This document shows positions 1-11,754 of a stretch of 64,000 nucleotides of DNA, piece by piece. The DNA comes from Piromyces finnis finn (taxonomy: Eukaryota; Fungi; Neocallimastigomycota). Below the pieces are notes generated by a model. The model did no database searches and was not told the origin of the DNA. It saw nothing but the letters and a program-made list of their open reading frames with translations. Every line of letters begins with the position of its first letter. Position 1 is the first letter of the stretch. The translations under genes were made by a program, and so were the position numbers. The stretch covers positions 1-64,000 of the forward strand of contig MCFH01000011.1 of assembly GCA_002104945.1 (NCBI GenBank). Reading direction: 5' to 3'.

Positions 1-3000
1 GTTCTTCTAAGGTTTTATTCTTTTTATTCAATTCTTCTTTATCCTTCAAGTTATTTAATATGGATGTTCTTGTAACTTCAATAATCTTGGATAATGAACG
101 AATATTTTCTTTGAACTTTTCATTTTCTAATTCTTTCTTTTGAAGTTCCTCTGTCATGTTAACTTGTAATTCTTTTAATTGTTGATTCTTTTCTTCTATT
201 TGAGCTCTTTCTTTAATAAGTTGCTCCATAAACATCTTTTCTTTTTCTTTATATTCTTCTTGTTCTTTTCTTAATGTGTCATTATCAGTTGAAGTTGATT
301 TTAATTTAATCTCTTGGTTCATCATTTCAGAATGTAATTTTTGAATGGTTTGCTCTAATTGATCATGACCACGTTTTGTAGACTCTAATCTTAACTTTTC
401 TTCATTAAATTGATCTAATAAATTATTATAATTCTCAGTTACCTTTACATAATTTTGTTCTTTTTCTTGAATTGTATCATAAAGTGTGGTAACTTTTTCT
501 TCTAATGATTGAATTTTATTATTCAATTGTTCATTTTGTTGTTCCCTTTCATTTACAATTTGTTTCAAATTTTCCATTTCTGTAGTCATCTTTTCACTGG
601 TGTCTTCTTTAACTTTTATTGTTTCTTGTTGTATTTCAAGTTCCTTTTGAGTTTCTTGGAAATCTTCTTTTAAATGTTCAATGATTTTCTTTGATATTTC
701 AACTTCTGTTTCTTTCTTTTTTAAATCTGTTTTAGTGGTTTCAAGAGCTTCAGAGGTTTCATCCAAAGATTTTTGTAATTCAATTATTTCGGATTGATGA
801 CTCTTATTAATATCTATTTCTTTTTGAAGTTTACCCTTTAACGTATTAACCGTTTCAATAAATTCTTTATTTCTTTCTGATAAAGTTTTTAAAATTAATC
901 TATTTTCTTCAATGACTTCTTCTTTTTCTTTAATGTTGTCATCAATAGAACAAAGTTTCATACTTAATTCAGTAACCTTTGCCTTTTCTGATTTTAGTTG
1001 TTCAATTAATTGATCATTCAATTTCTTGAAATCATTCTTACTATGTTCAGAAGATGTAAGTTGTTCATTCAAAACTTTTATTCTTTCTTCCTTTATTAAA
1101 TTACGTTCGTTTATTCCGAGAATTATTTTATCCTTTGTATTCATTTCAATTTCTAAAGCTCTAAGTTTTTCTTTAATTGATAAACCTTCTAATCTTAAAC
1201 CCTTTAATTTTTCATCCTTCATTAAATTATCAACTTCTAAATCATTTATAATTCCTTCTTTAGACATATTTTCAATCTCAAGAGCCTTTTTATTTTCATT
1301 CATGTCATATAATTCTTGCTTAACTTCATTTAAATCATTTTCATAGCTATCTAAATGTCTTTCTGCTTTACTTAAATCAAATTCTAAATCTCTGTTAATT
1401 TGATATACATCATCAATTTCATTCTTTAAGTTATTAATTTCTATGAGTTGACATTCAATTAAATCATCTCTTTGCCATAAAGTTTCTTCAAAGTACGAAA
1501 TACGAGATTCATAATCCTTTGATTTATTTTCTTCATCAATTATTCTCTTCTTTAAGTGAACATTTTCTTTTTGAATCATTCCTATTTCAGTTTTTAAATT
1601 ATCAATTGTTCTCTTACTTCTATCCATTTCTACCTCTCTTTCCTTGGATAAGCCATCTAAAATTTGTTTTTGTTCATTGAGATTTTGGACAGCTCTGTTT
1701 AATTCTTCAATCATTTTATCCTTATTTTGGCTTTCTTCCTTATTTTCCTTTAATTCATTTATATAATGTTGTTTATCAGTAGATGCTTTATCTACTTCGT
1801 GCTTGTAATAATCTAAATTATTAATTACTTGATTATACATAAATTCTAATTCATCTCTTTTACTTTCCAATGTTTCTGAAAGATGAGTAAGACGTTCAAT
1901 TTCTTTTTTATGAACCTTATTTTGGTCTACTTCTTTTTCGTATTTATCACTAAAGTCATCACGAGATTTCTTTAAAGCACTTATTACACCTTTAAGAATT
2001 TCATTAGCTTTTTTACTTTTTTTCAATTCTTCTGTGCTTTTCTGTGCTAAGGTTGTGGCTTCCTTCATTTGATTGTCAAATTCTTTTTCTTTATCAAGAT
2101 ATTTATCTTCCATACTTTTTAATTGATCTTTAAGAATATCCTTTTCAGAAAGTAACATTTGTATTTGCTCTTTCTTTTCTTGAAGTTGAAGAGTACCATT
2201 TCTAATTTTTCTTCCAGATTGTTTGTTGAGATAATCTAATTCATTCTTTAATCCGTCATTTATTTTTTCAAATTCTGTACAAGCTTCAGAGTGTATTTTA
2301 TTAAGCTCTTCTATTTCTTGTTCCAATTTGAATATCATTTCTTCCTTTTCTTTAATTTCCATTTTATATGAATTAACTGTGCTTCTGGTTTCTCTTAATT
2401 CATTATAGTATTTTTTATCCTTTTGGTATTTTTTATTAATATCTTTATTTAATTTTTCAATTTCTTCTTTACACATTTCAATTATTTCATCCTTACGATT
2501 GACATCATCAGATAATAAGGAAATTTCCTCTTGTAAAGATGCATTGGTTTGTTGTTCATTCTTTAATTTTTCAATAAATGTTCTATTCAAATTTAATATA
2601 TCTGAGTTTTTCTCACTTATATTCATAATTTCTTTGTCCTTTTCTTCAATTAAAACCTTTAAAGTATCATTAGAACGTGATATACGTTTCATTCTTTGAT
2701 TATTGAGTAACATCTCGTTTTTAATTTCTTCATAATTGTTATTTAAATTCATAATTTCCATTTGAAGTGATTTAATTTCTTGCTTGTCTTTTTCCTTTTC
2801 TTCTTCAAATTGTTGTTTTACCTCTATTAATTCCTTTTTAATAGATTTAGAATTATCTTTCTCGGTTTCTAGAGTTGTTTCTTTATGTTGGCTAATTTCA
2901 CCTTGTAGAGAAGAAATTTCATCATTATTTTGAATCTTATTTTCTATAAATGAAAGTTGGTCTTCCATAGACCTATTAGAAGAAACTAAATTATCATATC

Positions 3001-6000
3001 TATCTATTTCAATATCCAATAAATCTTGGGAATCCTTTAATTGTTGCTCCATAATTTCATTTTCAAAACTTATTGATTCATATTTCTTATTTTCTTGTTC
3101 CATATGCTCTTGAACTTCCTTTAATTGTTGCTCCATAATCTTATTTTCAAAAATTAAAGATTCATATTTCTTATTTTCTTTCTCCATGTATTCCTGAGTT
3201 TCTTTTAATTGTTGTTCCATGATCTCTTTTTCGAATACTAATGATTCATATTTCTTATTTTCATTTTCTGTGTATTCTTGTGATTCCTTAATTTGTTTCT
3301 CCATAATTTCATTTTCGGTAACTATGGATTCATATTTCTTATTTTCTTGTTCCATATGCTCTTGAACTTCCTTTAATTGTTGTTCCATAATCTTGTTTTC
3401 ACAAACTAAAGATTCATATTTTTCATTTTCTTGCTCTATCATTTCTTGAGTTTCTCTTAATTGATATTCCATAATTTCATTTTCAATAAGTAATGTTTTA
3501 CTTTCATATATTTTTTGCTCCAAATGTTTTTGGGACTCTTCTAATTGATTCTCTAGGTTTATCTTTTCAGATACCAAACTTTTTGTTTTATCAGTTTCTT
3601 GTTCTAATACTTCTTGAATATTAATGTACTCATTTTGAAGTTCAATATATTCTTTTTTAGATTCTTCTAATTCATTAACAATAATATTGTATTTAAATTC
3701 ATATTCGTTTGATGTTTCTTCTAATTCATCAATACGTTCTTTTAATTCATTAATTGTTTCTGTAGTATTAGAATCAATGTTTTTACTGGATTTCTTAAGA
3801 CTTTCGATTAATTTCTTAGATATTTCAACCTTTTTCTTTGAATTTTCTAATTCATTAACGATCTTTGTGTTTTTACTTGTTAATGAAGCAATTTCAGTTT
3901 CAAGTTTTTGAATCTTTTCATTGGAATTTTTAACCTTTTCTTTGCTATTGAAAAGTTTTCTATATATTTCCTTATTTACCTTCATAATATCATCTTGTTT
4001 TTCTTTTAGTTGATTAAATTTAATTTTTTGTTTTTCAATTATATCATTACTTTCTAATAATTGTTTATTCATTTCTTCAAATTCCTTTTCAGCATTATTC
4101 ATTTGGTCCTTTTTTTCTTTAATTATTTCTTGTTTTTCTTGAAGTTCACATTTTAGACTATTAACCATTTCAGATAATGTGGAAATTTCTTTTGATTTTT
4201 CATTATTTTCTTTTGTGATGCTTTCCTTTTCTTTTTCAATAGTTTTATAATAGTCCTTATTTTTATTAATCTCCTCTTCATTCTTCATAATCTTTCCCTT
4301 TAAAATTTCAATTTCTTCTGAACTTTTCTTTTCTTTCATTAAATGCTTTTCAATAAGACTTTCAATTTCTTTATTATACTTATTTTCTTCTTGTGTTTGT
4401 CTTTCTTTTATATTTTTAATCTCATTTTGAAGTTCTTTATCTTTTTGAGCGTGTTGTAACTTTATGCTATCTAAAATATCTTTGTATTCTTTTTCTTTTT
4501 GGTTGTACTTTTCCTTTTCTTCATCCATCATTTTCTTACTATCCTTTAATTGTTCTTTCAATGCTACAATTAAATTGTTATTCTTGTGTTTCATTTCATC
4601 AATATTTAATTTTTCATTTGAAATCATTTCATCTTTTTCTTTAAGTTGCATTTTTAAGGATTTAATCAATTTCGTTAATTCTACTTCCATAATTAAAGTA
4701 GAAGTAACTTTATGATTAAGCTTATTCTCTAAAGATGTAACTAATTTTTTATTATTATTTTCAATAATAGATATATTCTCTTTTTCTTTTTCTAATGCAC
4801 TTTCTTTCTCCTTTATAAGATGTTCTAACTTGTCAATCTTTTCTTTTTCCTTATCCTCTAATTTAATAAGTTTTTCACGAAGCATTTCATTTTCACTTTT
4901 TATAAAGTTATTCATTTTTTCACTACTGTCAATTTGATATCTTAAATCGTTATCAATTGTGGAGTACATTTCTAAAATTTCTTCACTATTCATTAATTGG
5001 CCGGCTAATGATTTATTATTTTTTTTTAATTCAACATTTTCAATAATCAATTTTTGAATTTGTTCTTGTTGAGTAACCTTTCCATTAGCCAAACTCTTTT
5101 CTTTTTTCATTTCATTAATTAAATCTTCTTTTTCCTTTTCTACTTTATTAATTTTATTATTATATTCCTTTAATTGTTGATTTAATGTAGCATTGATCTT
5201 TTCTTTTTCAGACATGTTTTTGTTAATATGATCTATTTTTTCTTTTAATTCTTGTATCTCGGTGTTTTTCATTGTTTCCATTTCTTTGATTTCTTCCTTT
5301 AATGTTTCAATTTCTTGTTTCTTAGATTCATCAACTTCTTTAATATGCATATTCATTTCTTTGATTTTTTCTATTTTATTTTTAATATCATTCTCTAAGC
5401 CATTCATTTGACTATTCATTTTTTTAATTTGTTCTTCTTTTTGTGCAACATTCGTTAATGTAGAATTATGGTCTTCGCTTATTGTCTTTATTTCCTTCTT
5501 TAAAGTTTCAATATCATCTTTATTTATATCAATGGTACTTTTTAATTCATTTATTTCTTTACTCTTATTTTCAATATTCTCAGCATAGTCATTAATTAAT
5601 TTATCATTTTCCTTCATTTGTTCATTTAATGTTTCAAAAAGATTATCTTTTTCATTAATTGACTGTAATAAAGTATCTATTGAATCTTCCTTTTCCTTAA
5701 TACTAGTCATTAAGATATTAACATTAGTTTGTAAGTTATTAATCATTTTTTCCTTATCATTTAATTCATTCTTTAAGGAATTAACTGTTTCATCTTTCTT
5801 TTGCAATTCTTCTGTAAGTGTCTGTTTTTCTTGTTCTAATTCCTCAGTCATTTCTTCAATATACTTATCTTTCTCGTAAAGAGTTTCATTAGATTCATCA
5901 ATTAATTTATTATTAATTTGAGCATCAATTTGAAGTTTTTCATTTAATTCATCCTTTTCTTTAATTGTTTTATTAAGACGTTTTATAGATTTTTCTTTAT

Positions 6001-9000
6001 TTGAAATATTAGTTCTTAATTTATTAATATCATTTTGATTTATTTCTGCTTGATTAGCTAGTTCTTCAATAATATCTTCTTTTTCAGAAATTACCTTTTT
6101 AAGTTCATCAATAATCTTATCTTTTTGAGAAATTGTTTGAGTTGTAAGAGTTTTTGATTTTTCCATTTCTAATTTTTTATTTTCTATGTCAATTACTAAT
6201 TGATTTATTTGTGATTCTTTTTCTTTTAAATCTTTATTAATGTTATCAAGAATTAATTGCTTATCTTGAACTAATAATGTAAGTTTTTCAATTACCTTGA
6301 ATTTTTCATTTACTTCCTTATTAAGGTTTTCCATTTTATCGTCTTTTTCTGCTAATGAATTATTTTTAAGTTCAATAGATTCATTCAAACATTTAACCTT
6401 TTCTTGGAGATCATCAATTAATTTATTCTTATTATTTATTATTTCATTATTACTTTGAATAAATTCTTCCTTTTCCAAAATGTTTCCATTTAATGATTTT
6501 ATTGAAACATCTTTTTCCTTAATAATATTTTCTAAATTTTTAATAATCTCCTTTTTCTTTTGAATTTCTTCATTATATTCATTAACAAGATTATTCTTTT
6601 CTTTAATGATTTCATTTAATGAATCTATGATTTTTTCCTTTTCTTTCATAGTATCATCTTTTTTATCATTCCATTTATTACTTTCTTTCAAATTACTTGT
6701 TAATGATTCAATTGAAGATTCCTTTTCATTAATATTATTAGTTAAATTATTAATACTACTATTTAATTCATCAATGGTAGTTTCATGACTTTTAATTTTG
6801 TTATTTAAACTTTCGATTAATTCATCTTTACCATTCATATGATCATTAATATTATAAAGTGAGTCATCTTTTTCTTTAATAATATTTTCTAATTCATTAA
6901 TTCTTTCTTCTGATTTAACCAAATTTGTCTTGTATGTTAAAAGGTTCTTATCCTTTTCATAAACAGAATTAGATAATTGATCAATAGAATTGTTCTTTTC
7001 TTTTAAACTTTTTCTTAAATCTTTAATCAATATATCCTTTTCTTTTATGGTAGCATCACGTTCTTCAACAGTTTCCTTGACATTGTGAATATCAATAAGT
7101 AATTGATTAATAGCGGTATCTTTTTCATTCAAATTATCATCATATTTCTTTTTCAAGTTTTTAATTTCGATAGTATTACATTCATTAATTTTCTTAATGC
7201 TATTTTCACGGTCATGGATAGCTTTTACTAACTTTTCAATTGTTTTTTCTTTTTCAACACATTCTTTATGCATATCATTAAGAGCAATTTTGTTCTCCAT
7301 TTTATCATTTTCCAATTTTTTAATAATATTTTCTTTTTCCTTTAATTTCTTAGAAGTATTATCATTTTGTTTTGCATTATCAGCAATAGTTTTTTGTAAA
7401 TCACTAGCAGCCTTTTCCATAATTTTCTTTTCGTTAATTATATTTGATATTTCGATCTTCATAGCTTTCATTTCATTATCCTTCTTTTCTAATTTTTCTT
7501 TTCCTTCTCTAATTTCAACTTCCTTGGATTTTAATTTTTTATCTAATTCTGTAATAGTACTTAAAAATTTTTTATTATCCTTTTCATATTTTTTATAATC
7601 TTGATTGTTTAATTTTTTTTCTAACTCTTCAATTTTTCTGTTCTTTTGATCTAATTCTCCACTAAGATTATCCATGCTACTTTTTGTAAATTTCAAATCT
7701 TGTTTAACTCTTTTAATAATATCTTGACTAATTTTAAGTTCAGCATTTTTAGCATTAATTTGTTGTTTATAATTATTTAATTGGGCTTCCATAGATTTAA
7801 TATCTTCACCTTTATTCACTTCACATTCATTATTATCATCATTATTAACTTCCATATGATTAAGTATATCATCTTTTTGTCTTTCTAATTCTTTAACCAT
7901 CTCTTCTTGTTCCTTTAATTCTTCCTTACATGCAGATAGTTCATTTTTTAAATCACAATTTAAAGCATGTTCTTTACGTTGTTCACTTTCTAATTTTTCA
8001 ATAGCACTTTCGAGAATATCATATTGAGTTTGCTTTTCATTTAATTGATGTTGAAGATTTTGACATTGATCTTTTAAATTTCTATTCACTTGCTCTAAAC
8101 TATCAATTACATTGTTTAATTGTTTATTACTTTCCATTATCTCTTCGTATTTGATGTTAAGTTCTTGAGTTTCATTTTTAGAAGTTTCCATGGTTTTATT
8201 TAATAATTCATTATACTTTGTATTTAGAATTTCCAATTCTTTTTCTTTTTCTTCTAATTGACCATTTTTTTGTTCTATCATATCGTTTAACGAATTTTCT
8301 TTTATACTAATTGAATCTACAATTAAATTAATTTCATTCATTAAATCATTAATTTTGTCATTCTTTTTATCACTTTGATTTACTTCATTTGTAATTTTAT
8401 CAATTTTGCATGCAATTATTTCTTTTTCCAAAATATAAGATTCTAATGATTGTGTAGTTGGTAAAGTTTCAGTAGTGGTATTGTTATTAACAGTCTTCTT
8501 TATTTGTTTATTTTGATAATCCTTTTTATTAGATATTGGTTCTGGAGTAATTGTGTCATTTCCATCTTTACTTTCAAAGAACTCTAAATCTTGTAAACTT
8601 GAATTTCTACTAAATACCTTTTTATCTAATATTTTATTATTTCTGTTTTCATTATCATTATTACATTCACTAGTATCTTTAACTTCGCTATCTAATTTTT
8701 CTTTGGAATCATAATATTCTAAGGATGAATTGTTACTTTTATTAAATGAGCTTAAACTTTCATTACTACTACTTTCAATTACATCTTTAATATTGTTATT
8801 AAAATTCTTTTTTGATTTTTTGGTAAAAGTATTGTTCTTTTTTGACATCTTTTTTTTACGATTATTTTTTTTGGATGTTGATTTATTTTTTTCCAAATTA
8901 GTATCATTATTAGCTAAACTTTTGTATCTATATTTGTTTAAATAATTTTTTATCTTTGGAGTATTTAGTTTTACTAAATATCCCAGTATTGATAATGCTA

Positions 9001-9016
9001 TAACTATTAAAAACAT
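1..9016 (-). CDS. Giant intronless coiled-coil protein (>3005 aa, 3' end outside window) with N-terminal hydrophobic anchor and Lys-rich segment
   Basis: ATG at 9016 reads MFLIVIALSILGYLVKLNTPKIKNYLNKYRY...KKNNRKKKMSKK, followed by E/K/N/L-rich heptad sequence. The frame was open at every point spot-checked (9016-7550, ~4700, 3500-2950, 50-2), but not every codon was read. It is missing from the ORF track, consistent with having no stop inside the window. Confidence 0.85.
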   Translation of the reverse strand, partial: MFLIVIALSILGYLVKLNTPKIKNYLNKYRYKSLANNDTNLEKNKSTSKKNNRKKKMSKKNNTFTKKSKKNFNNNIKDVIESSSNESLSSFNKSNNSSLEYYDSKEKLDSEVKDTSECNNDNENRNNKILDKKVFSRNSSLQDLEFFESKDGNDTITPEPISNKKDYQNKQIKKTVNNNTTTETLPTTQSLESYILEKEIIACKIDKITNEVNQSDKKNDKINDLMNEINLIVDSISIKENSLNDMIEQKNGQLEEKEKELEILNTKYNELLNKTMETSKNETQELNIKYEEIMESNKQLNNVIDSLEQVNRNLKDQCQNLQHQLNEKQTQYDILESAIEKLESEQRKEHALNCDLKNELSACKEELKEQEEMVKELERQKDDILNHMEVNNDDNNECEVNKGEDIKSMEAQLNNYKQQINAKNAELKISQDIIKRVKQDLKFTKSSMDNLSGELDQKNRKIEELEKKLNNQDYKKYEKDNKKFLSTITELDKKLKSKEVEIREGKEKLEKKDNEMKAMKIEISNIINEKKIMEKAASDLQKTIADNAKQNDNTSKKLKEKENIIKKLENDKMENKIALNDMHKECVEKEKTIEKLVKAIHDRENSIKKINECNTIEIKNLKKKYDDNLNEKDTAINQLLIDIHNVKETVEERDATIKEKDILIKDLRKSLKEKNNSIDQLSNSVYEKDKNLLTYKTNLVKSEERINELENIIKEKDDSLYNINDHMNGKDELIESLNNKIKSHETTIDELNSSINNLTNNINEKESSIESLTSNLKESNKWNDKKDDTMKEKEKIIDSLNEIIKEKNNLVNEYNEEIQKKKEIIKNLENIIKEKDVSIKSLNGNILEKEEFIQSNNEIINNKNKLIDDLQEKVKCLNESIELKNNSLAEKDDKMENLNKEVNEKFKVIEKLTLLVQDKQLILDNINKDLKEKESQINQLVIDIENKKLEMEKSKTLTTQTISQKDKIIDELKKVISEKEDIIEELANQAEINQNDINKLRTNISNKEKSIKRLNKTIKEKDELNEKLQIDAQINNKLIDESNETLYEKDKYIEEMTEELEQEKQTLTEELQKKDETVNSLKNELNDKEKMINNLQTNVNILMTSIKEKEDSIDTLLQSINEKDNLFETLNEQMKENDKLINDYAENIENKSKEINELKSTIDINKDDIETLKKEIKTISEDHNSTLTNVAQKEEQIKKMNSQMNGLENDIKNKIEKIKEMNMHIKEVDESKKQEIETLKEEIKEMETMKNTEIQELKEKIDHINKNMSEKEKINATLNQQLKEYNNKINKVEKEKEDLINEMKKEKSLANGKVTQQEQIQKLIIENVELKKNNKSLAGQLMNSEEILEMYSTIDNDLRYQIDSSEKMNNFIKSENEMLREKLIKLEDKEKEKIDKLEHLIKEKESALEKEKENISIIENNNKKLVTSLENKLNHKVTSTLIMEVELTKLIKSLKMQLKEKDEMISNEKLNIDEMKHKNNNLIVALKEQLKDSKKMMDEEKEKYNQKEKEYKDILDSIKLQHAQKDKELQNEIKNIKERQTQEENKYNKEIESLIEKHLMKEKKSSEEIEILKGKIMKNEEEINKNKDYYKTIEKEKESITKENNEKSKEISTLSEMVNSLKCELQEKQEIIKEKKDQMNNAEKEFEEMNKQLLESNDIIEKQKIKFNQLKEKQDDIMKVNKEIYRKLFNSKEKVKNSNEKIQKLETEIASLTSKNTKIVNELENSKKKVEISKKLIESLKKSSKNIDSNTTETINELKERIDELEETSNEYEFKYNIIVNELEESKKEYIELQNEYINIQEVLEQETDKTKSLVSEKINLENQLEESQKHLEQKIYESKTLLIENEIMEYQLRETQEMIEQENEKYESLVCENKIMEQQLKEVQEHMEQENKKYESIVTENEIMEKQIKESQEYTENENKKYESLVFEKEIMEQQLKETQEYMEKENKKYESLIFENKIMEQQLKEVQEHMEQENKKYESISFENEIMEQQLKDSQDLLDIEIDRYDNLVSSNRSMEDQLSFIENKIQNNDEISSLQGEISQHKETTLETEKDNSKSIKKELIEVKQQFEEEKEKDKQEIKSLQMEIMNLNNNYEEIKNEMLLNNQRMKRISRSNDTLKVLIEEKDKEIMNISEKNSDILNLNRTFIEKLKNEQQTNASLQEEISLLSDDVNRKDEIIEMCKEEIEKLNKDINKKYQKDKKYYNELRETRSTVNSYKMEIKEKEEMIFKLEQEIEELNKIHSEACTEFEKINDGLKNELDYLNKQSGRKIRNGTLQLQEKKEQIQMLLSEKDILKDQLKSMEDKYLDKEKEFDNQMKEATTLAQKSTEELKKSKKANEILKGVISALKKSRDDFSDKYEKEVDQNKVHKKEIERLTHLSETLESKRDELEFMYNQVINNLDYYKHEVDKASTDKQHYINELKENKEESQNKDKMIEELNRAVQNLNEQKQILDGLSKEREVEMDRSKRTIDNLKTEIGMIQKENVHLKKRIIDEENKSKDYESRISYFEETLWQRDDLIECQLIEINNLKNEIDDVYQINRDLEFDLSKAERHLDSYENDLNEVKQELYDMNENKKALEIENMSKEGIINDLEVDNLMKDEKLKGLRLEGLSIKEKLRALEIEMNTKDKIILGINERNLIKEERIKVLNEQLTSSEHSKNDFKKLNDQLIEQLKSEKAKVTELSMKLCSIDDNIKEKEEVIEENRLILKTLSERNKEFIETVNTLKGKLQKEIDINKSHQSEIIELQKSLDETSEALETTKTDLKKKETEVEISKKIIEHLKEDFQETQKELEIQQETIKVKEDTSEKMTTEMENLKQIVNEREQQNEQLNNKIQSLEEKVTTLYDTIQEKEQNYVKVTENYNNLLDQFNEEKLRLESTKRGHDQLEQTIQKLHSEMMNQEIKLKSTSTDNDTLRKEQEEYKEKEKMFMEQLIKERAQIEEKNQQLKELQVNMTEELQKKELENEKFKENIRSLSKIIEVTRTSILNNLKDKEELNKKNKTLEE
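2981..3484 (-). repeat. Six in-frame 84-bp (28-aa) tandem repeats inside the giant coiled-coil ORF
   Basis: Units such as ENKIMEQQLKEVQEHMEQENKKYESIVT and ENEIMEKQIKESQEYTENENKKYESLVF; the plus-strand word gattcatattt recurs every 84 nt. Confidence 0.9.
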
Positions 9017-11264
9017 TTTTATCACTGTAAAATATTATTAATTTATTTTTTAATTTGATATTTATAATTAATTATAAAGTAATTTTTGATAATATAAATG
9101 ATAATATACAATGTATATTGAATATATTTAATATTATAATATTATGGTTTCTTTTTTTTTTTACAAAATTAAAGAATATTAAAATTTATTTATGATTATG
9201 TTTAGTATATTTTTAAATTAATGAATATTAAAACATCTTATGTTTAGTTTTATTTATGTATTTTAATGTTTTGATTAGATAGTATACATTTAATTATTAT
9301 TAATTTGTTTAAAGTTCATTACCAATTTTTAATTTAAAATATACAAATTATACAATTTAATACAAAAAGGAAATATTCTTTCTTTATAGCAACAATTTAG
9401 TAAAACATCATTACTTATTTTCTCTTTATTATATTATTTTATTTTATTTTTTTAAAGACAAAGAGATTAAAAGAAAAAAAAAATTCACATAAAACATTTA
9501 TTTTTATTTTTTTACTTTTAATTCTATATATAGTTTAAAATTTTAAAAAACTTTTTACATAAATAATAAATTAAATATGTTATTTTTAAAATTTCATATT
9601 CGATACATTGCTATTATAAATACAAAACAATAAAAAAAAAATATATCCTTTTTTCTTATTAATTTTTATTATTACAATGAAACAAATTTATTACTATAAA
9701 TATTATTTATAAAATACTTATTTTATTAATATAGTCTTTTTTTTTTTTATTTCTTTTTTCATAATATATTTATAAACATTTATATATATATATATATTTT
9801 ATTATTATAATTATTATTAGTAAGTTAAGTAAGAAAGTTTTTTTTTTAAAAATAGAAATATTAAAATTTTAATATATTTTAAAATTTCAATGTATCATCT
9901 TCAACTACATACATTAAAAATAACAATAATAAAAAACAAAAAAAAACCTGAATAATAAATTTTAAGTTTAGTATCTTTGGATCTGTAGTTCATACATGAC
10001 ATATCACAATGCATATTAAATAAAATCAAAAATCATAATAATATCAAGTATTTTATAATATTGTGTTATGTATTATACATGTGAGCATGGAAGTGACAAA
10101 AAGTAGTATTTAACTTTTAAATTTTGTCTTATATAATAAATTTTATTTTAAAATTAATTCCTATATTATTATTTTATAAAAATTATGATAGCTATAGCTA
10201 TATTTAAAATAAGTTTTAAACAATATGTATAGAAATTATAAATTAAACTTTTATTAATAATTATTATTTTACTTTATACCTATTGACATTACTAAATATT
10301 ATTTTAATGACAATATTATTTAAAGGTTAAGATTTATACAAATATTAAGCAATAAAAAAATAAAAATTATATAAAGCTATTTCAAAAAATTATATAAAGA
10401 AGTAATAATGTAATGATATAGTTTTGTATTTTACTAAATTAAAGTTTAACCTTTTCCATTTTAAAAACTGATACTGTGTAAATAAAAAATAAAATTCTTT
10501 TTTTTTAAATTTGTTATTCTATTTTCTAAAAAATATGAATAACAGTTTTGGTATTTCATTTATTTGAGTTAAAATATAAAAACATCAATTATGTTTTATT
10601 ATAATTTATTTATATTTATTCATTTAATTCAATATTTATGTTTATATTGTAAATAATATTATTTTTCATTTGTTAAATTAAGTATAAATAAACTTTTGTA
10701 AAATTTTCTTTGAATATTATACTGCCATTAATAACATCATATTCTTATTAATTCTTTATCAGAAATAATATTTTATGAAATAATATTTAATTTTTCTATT
10801 ATGAATTTTTTAAATATGAAAATGAAGCCTTTTACTAGTTCTAATCATAAACAAATTTTAATTTTTAGTTTAATATTTTTCATTTTTAATCATACGCAAA
10901 GATATATAAAATATGAATAACATGCATTTAATATTATTGTATTTATAATTTTATTATATAACATAATTTATAAAAAATTCAGCTATGAACTCTAATAATT
11001 TATAATAAACATATGTTTGTATAGATTAGATTAAAATAAAGTTAAAAATTAAATATCCTTAACCCTTCAAAAAATCTATAACAAAAGATAGGTTTTAATA
11101 TCTTTTTAAATTATCTATTTGAAGTTGTTATAGGTGTGTTTTTATATTAAAATTTATGTAAATTATAAAGAAAAAGTTTGAATTATCAATGTCTTTAGAT
11201 TTCAAAATAGTATTTCAATTCAACAATATATTTATATATATACTTTTACCATCAAGATTACCAA

Positions 11265-11344
11265 GCAAGTATGGCCGAGCGGTCTAAGGCGCTACGTTCA
11301 GGTCGTAGTCAGTAATGGCGCGGGTTCGAATCCCGCTACTTGCA
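11265..11344 (+). tRNA. tRNA-Leu (anticodon CAG), intronless
   Basis: Acceptor stem GCAAGTA/TACTTGC with discriminator A; D-arm GCCGAGCGGTCTAAGGC; anticodon arm CTACG-TTCAGGT-CGTAG; extended variable arm; T-arm GCGGG-TTCGAAT-CCCGC. Confidence 0.96.
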
Positions 11345-11351
11345 ATTGATA

Positions 11352-11362
11352 TTTTGATTTTT
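11352..11362 (+). terminator. RNA polymerase III terminator (T4 and T5 runs) after tRNA-Leu
   Basis: TTTTGATTTTT begins 8 nt after the tRNA 3' end. Confidence 0.6.
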
Positions 11363-11754
11363 CTAACTATTTTAAATAAAACAAAATATATAAAATGAAT
11401 ATATAAAAAGAAAATTCATAAAAATAATAAAACCCTTTCTAAATACATATTAAGATATATATATATTTTTTTTGATATTATTCATTTCATAAAAATAAAA
11501 GAATACGTCTCTAAATCTTAAATAAAAACTATTAAGAAAAAAAAAAATTAAAGTTTTCCTTTTATACATTTAAAAATAAATCTGACCAGTTTTATAAAAT
11601 CAAATTAACAAATAAGAATTAAAAATTAACAGAAATGGTCATTCTATGCATTTCAATATTTTTTTCTTTTATTATTATTGGTTATTTATTATTTTTATTT
11701 ATTATTTATTATAAAATTACAGTTTGGCATTGATGTCCTATATAAATGGATTTA

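Noticed and set aside
1026-8945. Plus-strand track ORFs rich in F/S/L/I
   Set aside because: Antisense shadows of the E/K-rich minus-strand giant ORF. The same applies to 20018-20341, 52771-53022 and 63067-63606.
11265-11344. tRNA with CAG anticodon as a sign of CUG codon reassignment (as in some yeasts)
   Set aside because: It has U33, G37, discriminator A73 and a typical Leu D-arm, so it reads as an ordinary tRNA-Leu.
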